The notes under the pieces: generated by a model
Databases searched by the model: none
Seen by the model: the letters and a program-made list of their open reading frames with translations, nothing else
What the model was told of the DNA's origin: nothing
In this document: positions 1 through 10,200 of the stretch, piece by piece
Layout of the letters: each line of letters begins with the position of its first letter
Position numbering within the stretch: the first letter of the stretch is position 1
NCBI GenBank assembly: GCA_030704615.1
Contig: CM060734.1
Coordinates: forward strand, 31,434,001 to 31,498,000
Length of the DNA stretch: 64,000 nucleotides
Reading direction: 5' to 3'
Origin: Takakia lepidozioides
Taxonomy: Eukaryota > Plantae > Bryophyta
Program-made: the position numbers and the translations under genes

Positions 1-349
1 CTTCTTTCTACACCATCCCTACCGTCCTTGGCATGTGCTACTTCACAAATCCTAGGGCCTCATTGAAAGAGTATTGCTCAGTCATGCTATCTTCAGGTCG
101 GGCTAGTTGTCGCACGTATCTCTTCAGAATCTTGAAGTATGTTCTCTCTATGTGAAACATGGATCTTATATGAACTGGTCCACACTCCAACCAAGTGGTA
201 CACGAGGTGCGTGGTGGGGTTCAAAAAGGCTGGGGAAACTCCTTTTCAATCAAGCACAATGTCTCTACCGCGTCAACCAACATTCCATTGCCTATGGGTC
301 CACGAAAGGCAATCCTAAGATTGAGCAGGTTGATCCAGAAGATAAGTAG

Positions 350-1600
350 CAAGGCTTTTAACCCAGTGCGGAAGGACCTCGAGGTTATAGGCATTCGCAA
401 GGATCTCTGCCAGGTACAAGAGATCCGTGGGAGATCTGACAAAGTGTTAATGCCGTTGGCACCTTATGTCTTAACTAAGAAGGAAAAGAAAGAGTTTGTG
501 CATGTCGTTAGTCATTTCCGACCTCCTTCCAAGGTCGCCTCCAACATTCGCAGGGCTGCTAGTGAGATGGGGGAGCAGCTTGGTCTCCATCTACTAATCG
601 CATGATTTTCACATAATCATGGAGCACGTTCTGCCAGTGGGCAAGCTCAGATAGCATATGTAGGAACCTTGCGGATAGTGCTGCTTGGAAGCACATCGAC
701 ACTATGTGGCTAGAGTTTGATGAGGAGCACATGAATGTGAGGTTGGGGCTAGCGTTGATCCATATGGCTCCAACAACACGAAATGGTCAACATGGCCGGT
801 TGTTCTTCTCAATTACAACCTGAGGTCCCAAACCTAGTGACGAAACCTTTCTTTGTAATGCTTAGCCTGCTCATTCCTGGGAAGAAACAAGTGCGATTAT
901 CTTTGTGTATTTGGAACCTCCGATCAACGAACTTCAACTGCTGTGGGTAGGTAAAAAACCATTGGAACCTTTTGACCATAATATATCCAATTGCAGCAAA
1001 AGCTTTGTGAGGATTAATGCATCGAATCTCTGAGCAAGGCTAATTTTTTCCACTTTCGCTTGTTGTTTTTCCTACTTGAATATATAGGTGTGTGGGCCTC
1101 TGACATCCTTAAACCTCCCCAAGATCGGAATTTCACACTGCGAGGCATTTTACTATGGACAATCGGCCACGACTTTGTTGGCTATGGGTATGCGGATGGC
1201 TGTTCAACAGATGACTATTTTGCATGTCATACTTGTGGGCAAGCTTGGAGAGGTCGCCAATCAAAACACCTTGGAAAGTGTGTGAGTGAGGGGCATTGCC
1301 GACTCCTTCCACTCGATCACCCATTCAGATTCCCAGGAGAAGCTTTATGGAGCTTGAGGACCGGCCTCCCCCGTTGCCTATAACTGGAGAGGATTGGCTC
1401 CCTAGAGCCAGACAAGTGGACCCCACAATGATGGGTAGGGACGCAGAAGATGACTTGGATATCGGAGGAATCAAGAAGGTATCAATCTTTTTCAAGTTGA
1501 CATATTGGAAGTACCTTCTCATCCGCAACCTTCTCGACCCATACATGTAGAAAAAAATGTTTGTGAAATGTTGTTGGGGTCCCTGTTTGGAAGTAAACAA
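350..1600 (+). mobile_element. Degenerate CACTA (En/Spm) transposase (TnpD-like) fragments
   Basis: Frameshifted and stop-interrupted peptides carry CACTA motifs. These are RKDLEVIGIRKDL..APYVLTKKEKKEF..ASNI (about 370-550), SAAWKHID..NVRLGL..WSTWPVVLLNYNL..LSLLIPG..ELQLLW (about 680-945), LRGILLWTI.HDF.GYG..ACHTCG..GHCRLLPLDHPFR (1138-1330) and KKVSIFFKLTYWKYLLIRNLLDP / EKNVCEMLLGSLF (1473-1590). Confidence 0.85.
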
Positions 1601-2295
1601 GTTGCAAGGAATGACCAATCTCATTTACCTTTTCGTCACAAGACTCTATAAGGACCAGAGATGCTAAAAAAAATGAGAATGAGGATTCAATAGTGAACAT
1701 ATAGCTCCTCCACAATTCGATTGGATACTGTTGCGGACATACACCATAGGTGTAAGACACTGACAACATCATCAGTATTGATACTACGGGTTGATTTCTC
1801 TATTCGGAGATACAAAACAAATATCTCTACACAAATTTGAGAGTACATTAAACTTCATCTGCCATTTGCATTAAAAAAACCTTTGTGATCCATTTTTTGT
1901 GGTCAGTTATCTAAAAAAGATGAACCCACCAAGTGTCCACCATTTGTAGATGTATTGCATAAGAACATGATTGAATTGATACCACAACTCAATCATGGCC
2001 GTCCAACTTGTTAATCTGTGATGGACCCATATTCATCCCGATGTATTGCAATTGATAGAAGACAAACACATTTATGCTCGAAAACCAAACTTGGATGAGG
2101 TATAATTAGCATGAAATGTTTGCGGCTAACACCTTGGATATTTTCAGCTTGTGGGTCTCTTAATCCATCCATGTCATTGTTTGCATGCAACAACAGACGT
2201 CCATTCACTTCCGGATTTTAGTGACATTTTGATGTATGAGGCAAACAACTTTATATATTCCAAGAAGATAATCAACTTCTATCTTAATAAGCCAT

Positions 2296-2465
2296 AACAA
2301 CCAACATGTAGCCCAACGGTAATGGCATATACCCTCTTACGAGTGGTTGTGGGTTCAAACCACCCTGTTGGTTGTTACAAAGGTGTCCACCTTCCTACCA
2401 GAAGGCAGTAGCCCTTCTGGGTCAAGTGACACCATAAGTTACGCTTGCTTCGGCAACACGTCCAC
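2296..2465 (+). mobile_element. tRNA-derived SINE with 13-bp target-site duplication
   Basis: Pol III A-box TAGCCCAACGG (2309-2319) and B-box GGTTCAAACC (2352-2361). The 5' AACAACCAACA pairs with TGTTGGTTGTT as an acceptor-like stem. Flanked by a perfect direct repeat CTTAATAAGCCAT (2283-2295, 2466-2478). The 3' part resembles the LINE tail at 35039-35099. Confidence 0.85.
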
Positions 2466-4009
2466 CTTAATAAGCCATTACTCATGAATATTTTCACACT
2501 TTGAGAGTTAGAAATGAGACAAATGGCAAGAGCAAAGAGCTTCTAGGGAGGCTAACGGGTCATGTTCCAATCATAAATTATATGACTTGGCAAAGAGAAC
2601 ATATTCAAAAATTTGGGGTTGGATTTTGAATTTAAAAAAAATATGAATGGAAAAATATTGGAATTCAATAAGCTTCAGACAATAGCTTATTTCCAGATTT
2701 CATATCTTCTATTATTTCCTTGGCTCCCCCGCCATACATTTCTTATTGAGCTGATTATTGTATGCTCAACCAAAGCATTGCAAAAGGTGATATCCCCAAA
2801 GAAACGGAAGGTCTGCTGGAAACTAGCATAATATGTAAGATATGTGAGTTTGCTTTGTTATGGCTCTTTCAAAAATATACATAAGAATTAGATACGTTGT
2901 AAGTTTTGCACCTTATCGTTGGATCCACATTGAAGGCTTGGTATTCTTTGGACATTTTCTCTCAAGCCATTGTTGGAGGTACTACTTGCAAAAATAAACC
3001 TCACCAAGGTTTTCCACAGGTGTACAACCGGGCTAGCAACGAATCATAGAAATATCATATTATTAGTTGTTCTTTTCAAATCATAGAAGTAGAATTGTTC
3101 TATTCAAAACATCCAACAGATGGCCCAGTGGTTAGGGCCTTACAAATGGAAAACCACATAGGTATATGTTGGATGTCACCCATTATGACCAATACTTGGA
3201 TCAATCGGTTAATTAATCTCTGGGTACTTAAGGACATTTCAGTCATTGGGGGAGGATTGGGCAACCATGTTAGAAATTGTCCACCTTCCAAATGCAAGGC
3301 AGTGGTCCTTTGGAGTGAAGTGACACATTATGTTCACTTGCTTTGACAAGGGTCTTTCTTCTTTTTCGTTTCATTTATGAACATTGCTGGAAAAATGGCA
3401 CTGAAATACGTCAGTTTTGGCTGAAGTCTTCTCTCTTTATAATTGTGTACATGTAATAGAATCCCATGATAGCGATTTTGCAACATGTAAATTTCTGCAC
3501 AATTAAGTTGGAAGTACAATCAAAATTAATTAGATAAAGCAACTATGTCAACTTCGTTAGCTAGACTAATGGAGGAACTTTTACAAATATTGGACAATTT
3601 GTCCCCAATTAAAGAGAGGTCGCCTAAACTACCATAACTTCGGCAAATTTATTTTTGAAAAGACAGACCTTCAAGTGCTTATGAGAGGCACAATTTTTGT
3701 CCGATGGGAAAACAAGGGAAAATCAGCAAATTTGCTATATGGCAAAATGAAGAAATGAATTCATTTGTATTACCATGAGCTTTCTTACGATATGGGAGGG
3801 GCTTGTACTGGAGGTACATTTTACTGGCTTGTGCTCTGTCTAGACAAGGCCAATGAGCATGGCACTACAATGGTTATCTCGAGAATGTATCACTTATAAG
3901 CATATCAACATAAACTACCGATGAGCTATTATGCACAACATTGTTTCTGTTATCAAAGTTGTTTGTGCAACAAATAATTCATTAGCATAAATGTTTGGGT
4001 TTGCTAATG

Positions 4010-4270
4010 TGCCCCTTAGTTTAACTAAGGGGTGGGCCCTACATGAACAAAAGGCATGGTTGTCCCTATAACCCTTATCTTATGTGCAAGTTTGTTTTAG
4101 TTTATGTTTGTTAGTGATGAGGGCTATAAGGGATGTGATGACGATGAAATGGATTTTTTGAAGCATTGATGGAGAGCAATGGTAGGGATATTGAAGTTGT
4201 TGTGGAGAGTGTTTAGGCTAGCATTTTGGATACCGCCTTTGGTGCGTGCTATGATGACTGTTTAAGGGCT
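4010..4270 (-). mobile_element. 3' fragment of a non-LTR retrotransposon with an RLE-like C-terminus (family C)
   Basis: The minus strand translates TVIIARTKGGIQNASLNTLHNNFNIPTIALHQCFK/IHFIVITSLIALITNKHKLKQ. It is clearly homologous at DNA and protein level to 35100-35370. Confidence 0.6.
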
Positions 4271-4946
4271 TTAAAAGCAGTAATTATCCATAACTTCTAC
4301 AATTGAAAGTTCTTACCATCAAACTTCGTTATATGCGTTACCATCCTACATATCGTTTGTTGTTGACTTGACAACTTCGACATGTAATTAATACATCTTT
4401 CAAACTGTTTTCTTTTATGTATCTTTGTGATATTGGGGATCATATACGATAGTATCTTTGCATCCATATTATCCCTTTTTTTTTGCAGCACGAGCTTGAG
4501 GTCATCTAGTACTATAATATATTTGCGTCCATCTTATCTCTTTTCCTTTGGAGCAAGAGCAAGTCTGTAGCGGCATGCCGAGCAGCAAACTACTATCTTT
4601 TTTCTATGGAAAATGATAAAAACCTTTTCAATGCAATGTTTTGTTCTCTCATTGTTGGAACGGTTATTGTTTCGAAGACAAAACATTTGTTTGAGAGTGA
4701 TTCCCCTATCGTGGATTGTCCCAAGGACGAGTTTGTCTGTAAGCAAGTCTTTCCTCACGGAGTTTTTCTCTCATTAAAATGCTAATGTCAATGCATGGAA
4801 AGAGTTTGTCTACCCACACGGAATCTCATGTCCCCGCATTATCATAATGCATTAATAATGTAGAGTCCACCACACAATTTCATTATTCTACCTTATGGAG
4901 AGGGCATGACTCAGACTGTTTTTGGAATGCCTTCTTTGGTTCAGAC

Positions 4947-6134
4947 CAGTGTTGGGCGAATATAGAGTCATCAAGATATCAACAATAGGATATAAGCCCG
5001 GATATCAATGTATCCGGACCGGGAACATGCATTTTTTAGTATCCGGGTTAGATGCATAACCGGTTGATATGTACGAAAAAAAAACCCTATACACATTGTA
5101 ATACCCAGCGGATATCCGGCCAATACTCGTCAATACCTGGCGGATCCCAGCCCTAAACTTAATAACCGGATGCATACCCGGATCTGTTGGTTGTCATGGG
5201 GGGTTGGTAGGATGTGAGCACAGCGGTGAGAAGAGCTCACGTGAGCACAAACCCACGGTCACGGGGGTTTTATGATTTTAAACTGCGGTCACAGGAGTTA
5301 TATGTTTTCAAAACGGAATTAAACCATTGGCAGATATAGAGACACGGTGCATTTATAGGGTTTCTGTGCCTATTTCTGTCCCTAAATCCAAAACCTTAAT
5401 AGAATAGGCACCCATAATGTATATCTACAAGCTCCAAGTTCCACATATATACAGTTTTGGTATCCTACAAGAGTAACACATTAGGGAGAACAAAGTCACA
5501 ATAATCAACACCATCCAAAACACACAAATACCAAACAATAGTTGAACAATTTAATATAATGAGACAAACAAAGGGTTTCGTTAACGAAAAAAATCAAGGT
5601 ATCGAGTTTCACCAACGAAATAATGGGTTTGGCCGGCGAAATATTGGGTTTCGTCGGCGAAATTCGAGGTATTGCTGCGTAGGTCATTATCCTATGGTTT
5701 CGGGGGCGAAACAAAATGTGTTGTGTTTGGTTTTGCATATAAGAGACGACGTGAGATTGTTTTATTTTGCTAATGAATTGTTATGTGCTTGTACGGACAG
5801 AAAAATAAACCACGGAAATAGGGTGCCCGTCCATATTCATGACTCATTTTGTGCTTATTTCTCCCGTGTCTTTTTCTCTTCGTGTGGTTGTTTGTGCTCA
5901 CGTAAGCACAAGTGTGCTCGTGAGCACAAATTGCACATTTTAGTTTCGCTATCGCATCTTTTCAAGAATATTTTAGGAATTTATGGTATATCCTCTTCTG
6001 CTCACGTGAGCACATGCTACCCAACCTCGTTATCATTTTGGTAATACCCGGAACCGGCGGATATCTAAAACCAAAATTTTTTAATATCCAGAACCGGCGT
6101 ATATGAGAAAAAGGTGTAAATCCGCCCAACAGTG
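4947..6134. mobile_element. Non-autonomous TIR element (hAT-like CAGTG termini), copy 1, carrying a nested insertion
   Basis: TIRs CAGTGTTGGGCG ... CGCCCAACAGTG (1 mismatch) with subterminal ATCCGG/CCGGAT repeats. 4947-5185 is highly similar to 53706-53935. No clear TSD. Confidence 0.75.
5198..6028. mobile_element. Nested TIR element (MITE) inside 4947-6134
   Basis: Imperfect TIRs GGGGTTGGTAGGATGTG / CACATGCTACCCAACCTC with GCTCACGTGAGC palindromes near both ends. Flanked by GTTGTCAT (5190-5197) and GTTATCAT (6029-6036). Absent from the second outer-element copy. Confidence 0.7.
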
Positions 6135-7241
6135 GTTCGTGGCTACTTCCTCGCTCGTATATATATATATGACGTTATGCACTCTCCATAAAATACATTG
6201 ATTTTAGTGCTTCAAGGCATTTGTACTAAATAATTGATGTTCTAACAACATAGGCCCCTCGAGCTCTATGCATCATATTTGTCTGATATTTGATTTCCGA
6301 TGGTTCTATTACATCTTGTGGCCCACATTGTAGTGTAATTGATGTTTGCAATATGGTTTCCTCTAAACATCACTCAGAAATCATGTATTAGTAATACTCG
6401 TGGGAATGAATATACATATTTTTATGATTTTGAGTACATAACATGTGAGTGAATCCACGCTTACAGGACCTCAACTGCATACCTAATAGGCATTTCAATC
6501 GCATGAGCTTGCCGCAGGCTTAAATTGCATTCCGGCGCCTTTGATTTTAGAGTTGCGGTTCTTGCTGTGAGATCTCCAATAATATAGAGCTCGTCAGTTT
6601 TCGCATGGGAGGTAGGAGAGCTGCCGGATGTGTGAACATTTTAGTAGTGCCGAATTTCATGACAAAATAGAATTTTTTTTGTCTAATACTAGCTATGATA
6701 CCCTACTGTCTGTATAGAGTCTACAAAACGGGTGGGTTTTACTCCCTATCCATCAGCTATAAGTTTAAAATTCGGTAAATAATAGTAAATACGGTAGGTA
6801 CGCGAACCGTACCGTACCCTCATGCTGTCGGTAGGTATAGGTACCTACCGTAAACAGTGATATCCGCCCAACACTACTATACGGGAACTCTGTTCCATTC
6901 ACGGGAACGGAGAATACGGGAACGGAGCAGTGCAGGTCGTTGTTCGCTTCTCCTTCGCGTTCCCGCCTGCGATGGAGCTGTTGCCTGCCAAGGAGGTGGT
7001 CGCACGAAACATTGGAGATGGCCCTAAACGTTGTTGTTGAGGACGATAGCAATCTGTGCTTCTACTCACATTGTTGCAGTTGTGTCAGATTGTGAAATGT
7101 CATGCAGGATCGGCTTTGGTCTCACGCATGGGACACGACTGTAGAAGGCGTTCACTTCAGGGACGATAGACATCTGTGTGTTTGATTGCACGTTTGTTTC
7201 GTTCGAGTGTGTTGGAGGTTCTTCTTTTCCGGGGACAGGCT

Positions 7242-10200
7242 ATGGTGTCGTACCGGCGCTTGCTCGTTGCGGTGGAGGCGGCACTTTTAGGACCGAAGCC
7301 AGCCCTGCAGCACCGAGCTGATTTTTCCCACGCATTGCATGTCTGTCTCCCCGACTTCCAATCGTTTCTTCAGTATCCGGTAGGTTATATGCCTCCTTTG
7401 AATGCACGTTTGTGAATTAACTTGGCACCTTTTTCATCAAGATGAAGCAGAGCTTATTATGCCAGTGGTTCCTTACTGATCGCAGGGCCAGTTGGAGAAA
7501 TCCTATGCGCTTTGAAATACTTAACTAGCTACGCAAGCTTGTCGTTATTCAAATTATGCTTTTTGCGAGGTCATCTCTCGTTTCCCGGTTCTAGGTTCTG
7601 GAGTAAATTAACCGCAGGTCAGGCGTTGTAGTGAAGTAGATGGACTTGGTGAAACCTCAGCACTCATGCGAAAAACAATTCACCTTTTGGATAGTGGGAC
7701 GATGTTGAATTTCTCCTCTGTTAATCTGCAATTTTTTGTCAGGGGTCTCCAGTCTTAAAACCCTAAACCCACAGTCTAAAATGTTGAAGGGTTAGTGTCA
7801 GCAGTTAGACTGTTTCTGAGCTGCTTTTGACATCTGAAGTGAATGTCCTGGGCATCTGCTCCTCTGCCAACTGTTTGGGGAGGTTGTGAGTGCAGTTAGA
7901 TGTGATTTTTGAAAAAAAATTATATGTGGATTCAAGATTCACCTTGAAGATTGGCCCATGGAACTGACAGTAGACGAATGTAATGTCAAAGTCTTGTTAT
8001 TTTTTTTTTCCGTCTCTTGAATTGTTGCATTTCCTGTGCTTTGTGTTTCCATCTTTGAAAGTTCTCCCTTACCTTGATGCAGCATCCTTCTATCTAACTC
8101 GAGTTACTATCATCCAGGTGCAGATTCGGGAATTGTCTGGGCATTTAGAGAGGGGTCCAGTGAGGTGTTGTATATATTTGAACCCACTTTACGCATTTTG
8201 AGCATTATGACGTCAGCTCTGTCATTGTAGAAGTGTACAGTAGAATTCCCAGATGTTCGTTTCACACCTTTTGCCTGCATCCCGTCCCAGGCCTCATAAG
8301 GTGAAGTCAAATAAACTATGATCCCCAAATCTGCTTGGATTTTTTGCAATTCTCCCCAACTGTACGTGCAGTGAACTCTGTTTTATATCTGGTCGTACTC
8401 ATCACTTGTCCCTTATACTTGACATTTACTCTCTCCCATTAATGGTCGCCTAAGTTATTCCAGAGAAAGTTGGATTAGGAAAGTAGAGATGTAGCAGATT
8501 AGAACCCTTCTCACTTGTGTCGTAAACATATTACTGGGAACTGAGACAGACACACCTTTGACTCTTCTTTGTGGTGTGGGAAAGCTCTGTTGAACTCGTT
8601 TGTCAATTCAAGTGGTGAGTCTCATCCATGGAGAGAACGAGCAACATTTTGGTAATTATCTTAATTGTGTTCCAGTCACAAATCTTGCAGCAAGTGGTCA
8701 ATTTTTACTAGATCACAATGTTTTGATTGCTGTGTGTCTGTGCTTCTCAGGTTCCAAAAGGAGAGGATCGAGCGCAAGTGTCCTCAAAGGAGGTGAGGTT
8801 GCCAAATGCGCCACCAACAATACTCGATGACCAAGACGCCCATATTGTAAGATGATTATTACGAGTACTCAAAAATGGATTTTTGCTGTATTTCTGGGTT
8901 CTGTTCCACAGACATAATGCTGGTGGTCTATTGAGGCAGTAGTCACCACTACCAAAGCAATCTGATGTGATGATACCTGAATCAAAATAGTAACATGCTT
9001 CATTCACACTTGCAGGTACGTAACTAAAGATATCCCATGTGGCATCACTATCTACAGGTGTAACAAATCTGTTCTTCACACTTGGTCATGGCTATCTCAT
9101 GTGGCACATGTAAGTGCCACATAGGATAGCTGAATTTTAGAGATAGGTGCCGCAGGTAGCACCGTAGTGTAGTGCTCAGAGCAGGGGTTATACTATCTGT
9201 TGCTGATACCTCCAAATGTGAAGGCCAATAGGTTAAGAAAAATACTTTTAACCATGTTCAGCCTGCCATGTGGCAATCTGTAGCAGATAGGATACCTGTA
9301 AGTGAAATATCTATCTGCTAGTGCGAATGGAGCAGGTGAACATAATTATTATATATATATATATTATCTCTGTGATGAGCAGGCACTGAAGCTGAGCGAT
9401 GACTTTCACCTGAATGAAATCGACTGCGTGAGTATGCTTGTGGCTGCACACCAGGAGGTGAGAATTCAATTCTTTGATTCATAGCTCGAGTCCTACTGAA
9501 TCCTCTAGAAGGATGCTGTAAGGTTCTGGTAAACATAATATGCTTCAAACGCCTGTTGCCTTTGATGCAGAGGAACTTGTTGGGTCGAGAGCCGTTGGAA
9601 GTTTTACGGCTGGCTGCTGGTCTCTGGTTCACTGAAAGGAGAGCATTGATAACATTGCTTCAGCTTTTGCTTCGAGTAAGTAAAATATGCCATTAGGCCT
9701 TTGGTTTTGGCTTTACTTCGCAGTCTACGCTCTGAGTTTGTGGGGTAATTTTACCTGGAATTGTCATTTACATATGTTCCCCTTCAGGCTGTGGTGTTGG
9801 ACGATGAACTGGATCCTGATCTTGTTGCGGACATTCGCCTCTACATTGAGAGACTGCTTGATTCTGGACTACGGACAAGGCTCATTACCCTCATTAAGGT
9901 ATTCCATCGGGCCTGGCAACCTTTGGCTATAAATAACTCTAGAACAGTGAGGATAGATTCAAATTGAAGAAGTTTGAGGGTGACAGACACAAATGGAGTG
10001 AAGTAGAATATGCGTGAAGACAAAAGAGTGGGAGTTAAGAGGGAGAAGCACATGTCAAAGTGGTATTTAACTTCATAGGTGATGATGCAGGCGCTGAATA
10101 AGGAGGAGCCAGCAGGGTTGGGAGGGCCTGGAGTGGAGCCATATGTCATGGATGCACGAGGCGCTCTAGTGCAGCGCCGCAATGTAATCCAAAAGGAACG

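Noticed and set aside
2296-2375. Functional tRNA gene
   Set aside because: The anticodon arm does not fold convincingly, and the TSD plus LINE-like tail indicate a SINE.
4275-4335. KFDGKNFQL*KL on the minus strand resembles the start of Ty1/copia gag
   Set aside because: Only about 12 residues. It is cut by the family C fragment and no LTR, PBS or downstream gag could be identified.
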